Part shown: positions 10,716 to 19,705 of the stretch, in pieces
Layout of the letters: each line of letters starts with the position of its first letter
Numbering within the stretch: the first letter of the stretch is position 1
Source: Terriglobia bacterium
GTDB lineage: Bacteria > Acidobacteriota > Terriglobia > JAJPHL01 > JAPKYU01
Length of the DNA stretch: 64,000 nucleotides
Direction of reading: 5' to 3'
NCBI GenBank assembly: GCA_965206645.1
Contig: CBDBKE010000004.1
Location: 1,696,001 to 1,760,000 of the forward strand
The notes under the pieces: generated by a model
What the model saw: the letters and a program-made list of their open reading frames with translations, nothing else
What the model was told of the DNA's origin: nothing
Database searches by the model: none
Program-made: the position numbers and the translations under genes

Positions 10716-12323
10716 CTAGATACTGATAGTTGGCTGCCCTCGCGCCCGATACACTCCCCACAGGAAGATAGTCCGGGAAACGAAAACGGCTGTGAACACG
10801 TTGGCCACGAGTCCTATGACCAGGGTCACAGCAAACCCGCGGACTGGCCCACTCCCGAGCAAGCCAAGAAATACGCAGGCCACCACCGTGGTCACGTGGG
10901 TGTCAATGATCGTAAGAAAAGCCTTCTCAAATCCAGTCGTGATCGCTGCCGGGACATTCTTGCCGGCCCTCAGTTCCTCTCGTATGCGCTCGAAAATCAA
11001 GACATTAGAATCCACCGCCATGCCGATCAACAGAACTAATCCGGCGATTCCTGGCAGTGTAAGCACGGCACCAAAGTAGGCCAGGGCGGCAAGCACCAAG
11101 AGCAGGTTCAGGACCAGGGCCACCACGGCATTCACCCCGGACCACCTATAGTAAAACAGCATCAAGAACGCGACCGCCGCCAGGCCCACCAGGGCCGAGA
11201 AGAAACCCTTTCGGATGGAATCGGCTCCCAGCGAGGCCCCAACCGTGCGCTCCTCCAGGTAGCTGATGCTGGCCGGCAGCGCACCTGACCTCAGAACCAG
11301 CGCCAGATTGCGGGCGCGGTCGAGGCTAAAGCGGCCCGTGATACGTCCCTGGTCGGTAATCCGGCTCTGGATCACGGCCACGGTTTCGATCTTGTTGTCC
11401 AGCACCACAGCCATGGAGTTGCCAACGTTCGCCTCCGTATAGCTCCCAAAGCGTTGCGCGCCTTCGGACTTGATGCTGAAATCGACTTCCGGGCTGCCAT
11501 TCTCGTCGCGGCCCACCCGGGCGGTGCGCAGGTCGCGGCCGGTGATAACCGAGGTCCGGCTCACGATATACCACTGGTCGCCGCTATCGGCGCCTGCCCC
11601 ATTCCGTTCCACCGACCTCAAGATGATGGATCCTCCCGGAAGCACCCCGCCTTTGGCGGCCATGGCTGCCTCCGGCGAGGAGTAGGGTTGCTGGTCCTTG
11701 ACTTCTTTGATCTCCAGCATCCCCGTTTCCTGCATGATCTCCTTCACGTCGGCCGGGTCGTCCACCCCTGGCAATTGCACCAAGACCTGGTGCTCGCCTC
11801 GGCCATGCTGCTGGATGGCCGGCTCCTTTAGGCCCTTCTCATCCACGCGGCGCCGGATGGTCTCCACGGATTGCTTCACCGCATCATCCTGGACAGCCAG
11901 CACCGCGGTTTGCTTCATGCGCAGGCTCCATTCGTCGTTGGCGCGGGAAGAGTAATCCCAGGCGTCGTCGAACTGCTCGCTCAACAGATCGCGAAACTCA
12001 CCGCTTTGCTCGGAGGGAATGTCCTCGACCAGGATTTGGGTGCCCCCTTCTCCGCGGCGGACTTCCCCGTAGCCGATCTCCCGCCTGCGGAGCAACTCCT
12101 TGAGCCGGTTCACCGTCTGATCCGTTTCGGCGGCCACCGCTTCCTCCACGTGCACCTGAAGGATCAGGTGCGTGCCCCCTTTCAAGTCCAGCCCCAGGCG
12201 GATGCGCTGGGCGGCATTCGCCTTGGCTTCCTCCCAACTGGTCGGCAAGCCGAAGATGCCCCCCACGCAGGCCAAAATCACAGCCGCGCTGAGGAGGGTC
12301 CTGTAAACCAAGTTCCGTTTCAT
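10716..12323 (-). CDS. secD: Protein translocase subunit SecD
   Basis: LGLDLKGGT, VQLPGV, LRSGALPA, GMAVDSNVLIFERIREE. Confidence 0.97.
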   Translation of the reverse strand: MKRNLVYRTLLSAAVILACVGGIFGLPTSWEEAKANAAQRIRLGLDLKGGTHLILQVHVEEAVAAETDQTVNRLKELLRRREIGYGEVRRGEGGTQILVEDIPSEQSGEFRDLLSEQFDDAWDYSSRANDEWSLRMKQTAVLAVQDDAVKQSVETIRRRVDEKGLKEPAIQQHGRGEHQVLVQLPGVDDPADVKEIMQETGMLEIKEVKDQQPYSSPEAAMAAKGGVLPGGSIILRSVERNGAGADSGDQWYIVSRTSVITGRDLRTARVGRDENGSPEVDFSIKSEGAQRFGSYTEANVGNSMAVVLDNKIETVAVIQSRITDQGRITGRFSLDRARNLALVLRSGALPASISYLEERTVGASLGADSIRKGFFSALVGLAAVAFLMLFYYRWSGVNAVVALVLNLLLVLAALAYFGAVLTLPGIAGLVLLIGMAVDSNVLIFERIREELRAGKNVPAAITTGFEKAFLTIIDTHVTTVVACVFLGLLGSGPVRGFAVTLVIGLVANVFTAVFVSRTIFLWGVYRARGQPTISI

Positions 12324-12333
12324 TGGCCGAGAC

Positions 12334-12657
12334 CTACCCGGATTTCTTCTCTTCGACGCTCACCAGGCCCGTCACGGCGGCCCGTGAGACCTCCAGACGG
12401 ATGTCCTGAGGTGGCACGCGGAGGTGGATGTAATCTTCCTTGAGGCCCACGATGGTGCCGCGGATGCCGCCGGTGGTGATCACGCGGTCGCCGTTTTTCA
12501 GATTCGCCAGCATCTCCCTTTGCTGCTTTTGGCGGCGCTGCTGGGGAAGAAACAACAGCACATAAAAGATCCCAAAGATGAGGAAGAAAGGGAACATCGC
12601 GCGGAGGATTTGGTCCAAACCGCCTGTTTGAAGCCAGAATGTCAATCCCGCAAACAA
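12334..12657 (-). CDS. yajC: Preprotein translocase subunit YajC
   Basis: FYVLLFLPQQRRQK, LKNGDRVITTGGIRG; tgt-yajC-secDF gene order. Confidence 0.95.
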   Translation of the reverse strand: MFAGLTFWLQTGGLDQILRAMFPFFLIFGIFYVLLFLPQQRRQKQQREMLANLKNGDRVITTGGIRGTIVGLKEDYIHLRVPPQDIRLEVSRAAVTGLVSVEEKKSG

Positions 12658-12793
12658 CCCTGTTTGTCCCCCGATCGATTCCAGATTTCAGGTGGAGCTT
12701 GACTCTTCCCGCCAGGAAGCGGGCCAGATCCTAACGGAAGTCTGCAACTGGTCTGCCAGCGAGCCCGCACGGCCCGCGATGGGAAACTAGACC

Positions 12794-13975
12794 TTAAGCT
12801 TCCGATTGTGAGCGCGCAACTGCAAGGAATTCCGAAAAGCCTCCAAGCAAAATAGCTTGCCGGATTTGGCGCATCCTGTCAAGGTAAAAGTACAAGTTGT
12901 GGATTGTATTCAACACGCTGGAAAGAATTTCACCCGACAGAAACAGGTGCCGCAAGTAGGCGCGCGAATAGCGACGGCACACGGGGCAGCCGCACCGTTC
13001 GTCGGGCGGTTTGGGGTCCTCAGCGTAGCAGGCATGGCGGATGATCAGGCGTCCTTGCGAGGTAAACAGCAACCCATTTCGGGCGTTGCGGGTGGGAAGC
13101 ACGCAGTCCATCATGTCCACCCCGAGAGCCACGTACTCGGCCAGCTCTTCCGGCGAGCCCGCTCCCATCATGTACCGGGGCTGGTGGCGGGGTAACAAGG
13201 GCTCTGCAGCGTCGAGCATCTCGAAAGTGAGCGAGCGCGGTTCGCCCACCGACAACCCCCCGATGGCGTAGCCGTCCAAGCCCAGTTCTACGGTGCGCTC
13301 GGCCGATTCCCGGCGCAGGTCCGGGTAGACGCTGCCTTGGATGATGCCGAACAGGGTTGCCGGCCCAGGACGTTCCCGCCAGCGGTTGCGACTTCGCTCG
13401 GCCCAACGCAGGGTCATCTCCATGGATTTGCGCGCCCGCTCGTGACTCACCGGGAACTCGGTGCAGTCGTCTAGCGGCATAACGATGTCGCTTCCCAGAG
13501 CGTTCTGCACTTCCAGCGCAAATTCGGGCGAGAAGAAGTGTTCGGAGCCGTCCAGGTGCGAGCGGAAGGTCACCCCCTGCTCGCTGAGCCGGCGCAGGGC
13601 CGCCATCGAAAACACCTGGAAGCCCCCGCTGTCAGTGACGATCGAACGGGACCAGGACATGAACCGGTGCAGGCCGCCCAGGCTGTGAATTCGGTCGTGG
13701 CCCGGCCGCAGGTAGAGGTGGTAGGTATTGCACAGCAGAATCTCGGCTCCCAGTTCCTCCAACACCTCCTGCGTCAGGCCTTTGACGGTACCCAGCGTTC
13801 CTACCGGCATGAAGACCGGCGTCTCGACCGTTCCGTGGGGCGTGTGCAAGCGTCCGGCACGGGCGCGCGTGTGCGGATCGGTAGCCACGATCTCGAAGCG
13901 GAACATTTGTTGCAGCGCAGCGCCGGGCCGCGCATCACCGGGACGCGGGTTTCCGGGCTGCGCGTCGGTGTTCAT
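12794..13975 (-). CDS. tgt: Queuine tRNA-ribosyltransferase
   Basis: TPVFMPVGT, NTYHLYLRPG, TDSGGFQVFS, GGLSVGE, DCVLPTRNARNG, CGCPVC zinc site; start may be 13906. Confidence 0.96.
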   Translation of the reverse strand: MNTDAQPGNPRPGDARPGAALQQMFRFEIVATDPHTRARAGRLHTPHGTVETPVFMPVGTLGTVKGLTQEVLEELGAEILLCNTYHLYLRPGHDRIHSLGGLHRFMSWSRSIVTDSGGFQVFSMAALRRLSEQGVTFRSHLDGSEHFFSPEFALEVQNALGSDIVMPLDDCTEFPVSHERARKSMEMTLRWAERSRNRWRERPGPATLFGIIQGSVYPDLRRESAERTVELGLDGYAIGGLSVGEPRSLTFEMLDAAEPLLPRHQPRYMMGAGSPEELAEYVALGVDMMDCVLPTRNARNGLLFTSQGRLIIRHACYAEDPKPPDERCGCPVCRRYSRAYLRHLFLSGEILSSVLNTIHNLYFYLDRMRQIRQAILLGGFSEFLAVARSQSEA

Positions 13976-13983
13976 CCTATCCA

Positions 13984-14015
13984 GTCCAAGCTCCAATGTC
14001 CAAAGTCCAAGCTCC
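13984..14015. repeat. Short tandem heptamer repeat (GTCCAAR-type)
   Basis: gtccaag ctccaat gtccaaa gtccaag. Confidence 0.6.
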
Positions 14016-14156
14016 CGGTTAGGTGGAATACATGGACCGTTTCGGTTGGAACCGCACTAGAATAGCGCCCATGGCTGGGGAACTGGCCGGAGTGGCGGCA
14101 GGGATCAGCGCGACGATCCTTTACGTGGCTGCCGAAGGCCTCACGGAATTGCTTTC

Positions 14157-14468
14157 ATGAGCCACTTAGAGATCAGCGAAGCCGAACTCACCGCGCGGGT
14201 GGTCTCGATCATCACCACGCAGCAGAAGCTGCCCGCCGGTCGCGTGACGCCGGAGTCCTCCTTCGAGGAGCTGGGCATTGATTCGCTGGACGGGGTCAGC
14301 CTGTTGTTCGTTTTCGAGGAGGAGTTTAATATCACCATCCCGGAGCATGTAGCGCAGCAGATGAAGGACGTGCGCCAGGTGGTCACTGGCTTGCAGCAGG
14401 TCCTGAAGGCCAGGTCCGGGGTCCAGAGTCCAAAGTCTGAAGTCGAAAGCTCCGAGCCGGGTTCCTGA
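14157..14468 (+). CDS. Acyl carrier protein (NodF-like context)
   Basis: ELGIDSLDG phosphopantetheine motif, FEEEFNITIPE; C-terminal tail is encoded by heptamer repeats. Confidence 0.9.
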   Translation: MSHLEISEAELTARVVSIITTQQKLPAGRVTPESSFEELGIDSLDGVSLLFVFEEEFNITIPEHVAQQMKDVRQVVTGLQQVLKARSGVQSPKSEVESSEPGS

Positions 14469-14501
14469 CCTTGGACCTTGGTTTGGAACGTTGGATTTTG
14501 A
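14414..14501. repeat. Inverted pair of heptamer arrays (GTCCAAA-like, then TTGGACC-like)
   Basis: gtccggg gtccaga gtccaaa gtctgaa gtcgaaa ... ttggacc ttggtt tggaacg ttggatt. Confidence 0.65.
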
Positions 14502-14502
14502 A

Positions 14503-15711
14503 ATGAACCGCGTGGCGATTACCGGGATGGGTTGCGTCTCGGCGCTGGGTTGCGGCGTGCCGGCATTTTGGCAGGGGTTGCTGGCTGGCCGCAGCGCCGA
14601 GCGGCGCATCAGCCTGTTCGATCCGTCGCGGCTGGTGGTGCCGGTGGCCGCGGAAGTTCCCAACTACGATCCGGCAAGCCACTTTCCCCCGAAAAAGCTG
14701 GACCTGCTGGACCGGTTCGCACAGTTTGCTCTGCTGGCGGCTTCAGAAGCTTTGCACGACGCCGGCCTGGAGCCGAGCCAGAGCAATCATGGGCGCGCCG
14801 GGGTCGCCTTGGGAACTGGCAGCGGTGGCGCACTCACTCAGGACGAACGCTATTACGAACTGTATGGCCGCAACGCCCAGCGCCTGCACCCGTTTACCAT
14901 TCCGCGCCTGATGTACGGCGCCGCCGCGTCGCAACTCAGTATGGAATTTGGCTTGACGGGGCCGGTCTTGGTCTTCTCCACCGCCTGTGCTTCGGCCACC
15001 CACGCGCTGGGCGAGGCCGCTGAAATGATCCGGACCGGGCGCGCCGAGTGGATGCTGGCAGGCGGCAGTGACGCGCCCATCTGCTACGGCGTGATGAAGT
15101 GCTGGGAAGCGATGCGCGTGATGGCCCCGGTGTGCCGGCCGTTTAGTGCCGACCGCCAGGGGATGGTCTTGGGCGAAGGGTCGGGTGTGTTGGTGCTGGA
15201 GGAGTGGGAGCACGCCCGTCGGCGCGGCGCGCACATTTACGCGGAACTGGCCGGCTACGGAGCTACCGCGGATGCCGGTCACATCACCCAGCCGGGATTG
15301 GAGGGCCCGGTGGCCGCCATACGTACCGCACTGGCTCAGGCGGCGCTGGCGCCCGAAGCGGTGGATTACGTGAACGCCCACGGCACCGGGACGCGCTTGA
15401 ATGATCCCAGGGAAACACAGATCCTGAAGCAGGCATTCGGCCCGCATGCGCGCGCCCTGGCTGTCTCCTCGACCAAGTCCATGCACGGGCACGCCATGGG
15501 GGCCAGCGGCGCGCTGGAACTCATCGCCACGGCGCTTGCGGTGGACTGCGGTGTCGTCCCTCCCACCGCCAACTACACCAAGCCCGACCCGGAATGCGAC
15601 CTGGACTACGTGCCCGGTACGCCCCGCCAGCAGCCGGTGCGGGCCGCCGTTTCCAACTCCTTCGCGTTTGGGGGCCTCAATGCCGTGCTGGCCGTCAAGC
15701 AAACACAATGA
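14503..15711 (+). CDS. Beta-ketoacyl-ACP synthase II family protein (FabF/NodE-like)
   Basis: STACASA catalytic Cys, VNAHGTGT, STKSMHGH, SNSFAFGG. Confidence 0.92.
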   Translation: MNRVAITGMGCVSALGCGVPAFWQGLLAGRSAERRISLFDPSRLVVPVAAEVPNYDPASHFPPKKLDLLDRFAQFALLAASEALHDAGLEPSQSNHGRAGVALGTGSGGALTQDERYYELYGRNAQRLHPFTIPRLMYGAAASQLSMEFGLTGPVLVFSTACASATHALGEAAEMIRTGRAEWMLAGGSDAPICYGVMKCWEAMRVMAPVCRPFSADRQGMVLGEGSGVLVLEEWEHARRRGAHIYAELAGYGATADAGHITQPGLEGPVAAIRTALAQAALAPEAVDYVNAHGTGTRLNDPRETQILKQAFGPHARALAVSSTKSMHGHAMGASGALELIATALAVDCGVVPPTANYTKPDPECDLDYVPGTPRQQPVRAAVSNSFAFGGLNAVLAVKQTQ

Positions 15712-15847
15712 GAGAGACCTCCGCACTGGGAGGCTGGGGAAAATGGCGGATCGCTCCCCGTCAGCCCTTCCATTCGACTCAGGCCATGGCCGAAACGCGC
15801 GTTGGATGGGCCTTCTGAGGGAACCCGTGAGTCTTGGGCGTATTTCG

Positions 15848-16393
15848 CTAGCCTTGATTCCGCAGTAAGAAATATCCCAGCAGAGTTTTCCCGTCCTGGA
15901 TCTTGCCGCGCCGGATCAACTCTCCCAACTGAGGAAGGGAAAACCATCGCTTGCGGATCAGCTCATCGGGTTCCGGGCGGGCACGCCCCTGGCGCAGCCC
16001 TTCGGCCAGGAACAGCCACATTTTCTCGTCCACGAAACCCGGGCTGGGAAAGACCTCGGCCAGCAGCTTCCAGCGGGCGGCCCTGAAGCCAGTTTCCTCC
16101 AGTAGCTCGCGCCGTGCAGCCTGAAGCGGACTTTCCCCGCCGGCGATGCGCCCGGCCGCCAGCTCCCACAGGAACCGTCGCGGAGCCAGCCGGAACTGTT
16201 GCACCAGGAGCAGGCGACCATCGCTGTGGCGCGGGAGAATTACTGCCGAGCCGGGGTGGCGCACCAGTTCCCGCACCACTTTCTTGCCGCCCGGCTCCAC
16301 CGCCGTATCCCGGGTCACAGAGAACACGCGGCCCCGGAAAACCACTTCAGAACGCTGGACCTTCACTTGCCGGGCGGGCTTGGGCGCGCGCAT
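15848..16393 (-). CDS. NUDIX hydrolase (ADP-ribose pyrophosphatase-like)
   Basis: RELVRHPGSA, Nudix box AGRIAGGESPLQAARRELLEETG, SPGFVDE, IQDGKT. Confidence 0.9.
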   Translation of the reverse strand: MRAPKPARQVKVQRSEVVFRGRVFSVTRDTAVEPGGKKVVRELVRHPGSAVILPRHSDGRLLLVQQFRLAPRRFLWELAAGRIAGGESPLQAARRELLEETGFRAARWKLLAEVFPSPGFVDEKMWLFLAEGLRQGRARPEPDELIRKRWFSLPQLGELIRRGKIQDGKTLLGYFLLRNQG

Positions 16394-16521
16394 GCAAGAA
16401 AGAATAGCAGAACGCGCCGGGCCGAAGGCAGACCAACCTATTTTTTGCTGCCTACTGCTTGTCTGCTGCCTACTGCTTGCCTCCAAAACCGCGCCCCTGA
16501 CACCTGATACACTTAAGCCGT

Positions 16522-18240
16522 ATGCTCGTGTTGGGAATCTCTGGCTTGTCCCACCAGGCCACGGCGGCTCTGTTGCGAGACGGAGAGATTCTGGCGGCCT
16601 GCGAGGAAGCCAAGCTGATCGGGCGGCGCAGTCCCCATGGCGTGCCGCACAAGGCCATTGCTTTTTGCCTGAACAAAGCCGGGGCGACGGCCGACGATGT
16701 GGAGGCAGTGGCGGTGGACCTGCAACCGCTGCGGCTGCTGGGGCGCGAACTGGCCTTTCGCGGCAGGAAGTTTCCCATTGCCCCGCTGGCCTCGGTCCTG
16801 CACGGCATCGCCGGACTGAACCGGGCGCGGCTGGAGTTTCGCGACCTGCGCACCCTGCGGGAATTGTTCCCCAAGGCTCGCTTCACAGCCGTAGATCACC
16901 ACTACGCTCACGCCGCCTACGCTTACTATCCCAGCACGTTCGACCGCGCTCTGGTTCTGACCCTGGACGGCGGTTCGGCGATGCGGGCAGCCCAGGTGGC
17001 ACTGGCCGAGGGCGACGGCATCCGGCCGCTGGCCGACGGGGCCTTCCCCCACTCGGTGGGATTGCTCTACAGCGAAATCACAGCGTTGCTGGGTTGGGAC
17101 CCGGCGGACGATGTCCACCGCACCGTGTGGCTGAGCACCATCGGGGAGCCAGAGTTCGGTGATGTCTTTCGCCGCATCTTGGCGCCGTTTCATCGTGGCG
17201 AGCTGCGCCTGAATGCTGACTGCTTTAGCTTCAGCGCTTCCGGACGTGTCCGGCTTTCGGAAAAGTTCCTCTCGGCGATTGGACTGCAACCACGCTCCAA
17301 GGGCCGACCCAGAAGTCCGGTCACCGCCGCCGCCGTGATGCCGCAAAGCTGGCGGGCTAATCTGGCCGCCAGCCTGCAATCGGAAGCCGAAGCGGCGCTG
17401 GTGGAGCTGGCCGAGCACTGGCGCCAGCGCACGGGCGCCGAAACGCTGTGTCTTGGCGGCGGCGTCGCCTTCAACGTCCTGCTGGCCGACGCGCTGGCCA
17501 CACGGACTGGCTTCCGCGACGGTTTTGTTCCACCAGCCGCCGGCAACGCGGGGTGCGCCATTGGCGGGGCCATGGCCGTCACCCAAGCCGCCGGCGTTTC
17601 CCTACGGCGCTGCATGCTGTCAGCCAGCCTGGGTCCCGCTTTCTCCGGGCAGGAGATTAAAGACATCCTAGATAACTGCCGACTGCGCTATCGCCATCAG
17701 GCCATGCCACAACTAGTGGGCGCCGTAGCCGAGTTGCTTGCGGGTGGTTCGTTTGTGGGCTGGTTTCAAGGGGCCGCCGAATTCGGGCCGCGGGCCCTGG
17801 GGCACCGCAGTGTTCTGGCAGCCCCGCGGGATCATTGGGTGAAGGAGAACCTGAACGCCTACACCAAGCGCCGCGAGCCGTTCAGGCCGCTTGCAGCTTC
17901 GGTGACCGAAGAGGCCGCCGCGCGCTACTTTGACTATCGCTGGCCTGCGCCAGCCGCTTACCTGGCTTCCGTGGCGCGGGTCAAGGATGCGGCCAGTGTT
18001 CCCGGCTTGGCGTTTGCCGGTGATCGGGCGCGCATCCACGTCGTACCGCGTGCGGGCAACAAACACTACCACGAGCTGCTGACGCGGGTGGGCGAACTGA
18101 CCGGCCATCCCGTGCTGATCAATACCTCGTTCAATGAACCGGGGGCTCCCCTGGCCGCAACTCCCAGCGAAGCCCTGCGCGTGTTTTACTCCAGCGGCGT
18201 GGACGCGCTGGCCATCGGCAATTTCCTGATCCAAAAATGA
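16522..18240 (+). CDS. CmcH/NodU/TobZ-family O-carbamoyltransferase (divergent)
   Basis: VLGISG..H, HHYAHA, LGGGVAFN, GWFQGAAEFGPRALGHRS, KRREPFRP, LINTSFN. Confidence 0.88.
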   Translation: MLVLGISGLSHQATAALLRDGEILAACEEAKLIGRRSPHGVPHKAIAFCLNKAGATADDVEAVAVDLQPLRLLGRELAFRGRKFPIAPLASVLHGIAGLNRARLEFRDLRTLRELFPKARFTAVDHHYAHAAYAYYPSTFDRALVLTLDGGSAMRAAQVALAEGDGIRPLADGAFPHSVGLLYSEITALLGWDPADDVHRTVWLSTIGEPEFGDVFRRILAPFHRGELRLNADCFSFSASGRVRLSEKFLSAIGLQPRSKGRPRSPVTAAAVMPQSWRANLAASLQSEAEAALVELAEHWRQRTGAETLCLGGGVAFNVLLADALATRTGFRDGFVPPAAGNAGCAIGGAMAVTQAAGVSLRRCMLSASLGPAFSGQEIKDILDNCRLRYRHQAMPQLVGAVAELLAGGSFVGWFQGAAEFGPRALGHRSVLAAPRDHWVKENLNAYTKRREPFRPLAASVTEEAAARYFDYRWPAPAAYLASVARVKDAASVPGLAFAGDRARIHVVPRAGNKHYHELLTRVGELTGHPVLINTSFNEPGAPLAATPSEALRVFYSSGVDALAIGNFLIQK

Positions 18241-18347
18241 GACTGGCGTATGGAAACCGTAGGCTGGCGAGGTGGTAGCGACCGAGGCGATCGGGGGTTT
18301 TCCGGAGCCGCTCCAGCGACAGTTAGGCTTGCTCGCTTCTGCCTGGA

Positions 18348-18617
18348 TCAAGTACTGAACGAACGGAACCTCCTACGTAGTAAATAAGTAGCAAACGAGC
18401 ATAACCCGGAAAACTTATAGCTGCTATCCACGTACTTGCCAATGACGTAGAAAGCAAAGTAGTAGAATCTAGCAAAACACCATACCGATAGAATCAGCAA
18501 AAGAATTACTTTGCGATCGGGGTTTTCAAGAATAAGTAGGGTGGAAGCCAACAAACTCCCTACGAGAAAAAGAAAACCTTTCGCGTAAATGATTCTGATG
18601 TTTGTAATGTCCGTCAT
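18348..18617 (-). CDS. Small AT-rich membrane protein, function unknown
   Basis: 89-aa hydrophobic ORF with protein-like motifs IIYAKGFLFL and ARFYYFAFYVI.KYVD..YKFSGL. Confidence 0.7.
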   Translation of the reverse strand: MTDITNIRIIYAKGFLFLVGSLLASTLLILENPDRKVILLLILSVWCFARFYYFAFYVIGKYVDSSYKFSGLCSFATYLLRRRFRSFST

Positions 18618-18822
18618 TGTTTCACTAACTCCGGTTGCGGTCCATCGGTTAAGGGATGGCAAGGGTGGAGGCGGAAGCCCTCTCGGGCGAAAAACCCAGG
18701 AAGGTGAATTGCCTTCTTGCAGAGGCTGTGGCCCGACATACGGAAATTGAGACCAATTCGTTGGATTTCCCAGTCGGGCGCATTTCCGAAAGCCACCTAC
18801 CTGGGTCTCTCGCTTCTAGAAC

Positions 18823-19416
18823 TCAGTTTGTTGAGAATAGCCGGAAGGGAACCGGCCCGGGCGCCGTGTGGTCTTCCCCTCCCGGCATTGCAGAACTCTG
18901 GCCAAACCTCCGGCCAAACCTCTGGCGCAGGAGTTTCCTGAAAGAGTGGTGCGGGCGGGGTGGGTGGATAAGCCCGAATGCGGCTAACGGTCCTCCCTGG
19001 GGTGCCAGGAGCACTGCCTGTTGAATCTGGGCCACTTTCTCCTGCTGTTCCAGAGTCAAGACAGCCAATGCGGCTTCATGGTAGGACTGATTCGCCGCCT
19101 GCACCTGCTGCTTCAACCCAAACTGCTGAATCACAATGGCTCCGACCTGGCCGGGCTCCGGGTTGTCGGAGCTGAGCAGTGCGGCCTTCTGCTGTTCCAG
19201 TTCCCGGATTTGCGTCCACAGAGCATGTACTTGTTCGAAATGCGACTGCCTCAAACTTGCTAATTCCTGGGCCTGCAAATCCGTCAGCTCCAAGATGCGC
19301 TGAACAGCCTCCAGCAGTCTCCCCTGATGATCCGCTGTGGGTTCATCCTGTGCTGCCATCGGAATCGAAAACAGGAGCGAGCACACCGCCAGCATGGCAA
19401 ATAACTTGGTTTTCAT
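18823..19416 (-). CDS. Periplasmic Spy/CpxP-like (LTxxQ) helical protein
   Basis: Signal peptide MKTKLFAMLAVC...AAQ; LELTDLQ and VLTLEQQEK motifs; GAGGGGAG RBS. Confidence 0.75.
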   Translation of the reverse strand: MKTKLFAMLAVCSLLFSIPMAAQDEPTADHQGRLLEAVQRILELTDLQAQELASLRQSHFEQVHALWTQIRELEQQKAALLSSDNPEPGQVGAIVIQQFGLKQQVQAANQSYHEAALAVLTLEQQEKVAQIQQAVLLAPQGGPLAAFGLIHPPRPHHSFRKLLRQRFGRRFGQSSAMPGGEDHTAPGPVPFRLFSTN

Positions 19417-19650
19417 TGACGATCTCCCCTCAAAGTCATTGTCCTTTACAAGATATTGGAAGCCATCCCATCCCAGGCGCATACCCACTCGCATGTTCCC
19501 GAAGAAGATGGCCTTCACAAACAGAAACCCCGGTTGCTTACAGAAGTTGCATTGGAGTTGGCGGAAGTTGCTTTGAGTTCGATTAGCGGACCGCTGAAAG
19601 ACCCAACCCTTGGATCGCTCGCCGACCCGCGCTCGGCAAGAGCGCATTCT

Positions 19651-19674
19651 GAGCCGCGACCGTCAGGGAGCAGG
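19651..19674. repeat. REP-like palindromic element GAGCCGCGACCGTCAGGGAGC
   Basis: Resembles an extragenic repeat I recall from Acidobacteria genomes; only one copy in this window. Confidence 0.45.
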
Positions 19675-19705
19675 ACGAAGGCGTTTTCCTGCAGCCTGCT
19701 ACCGG

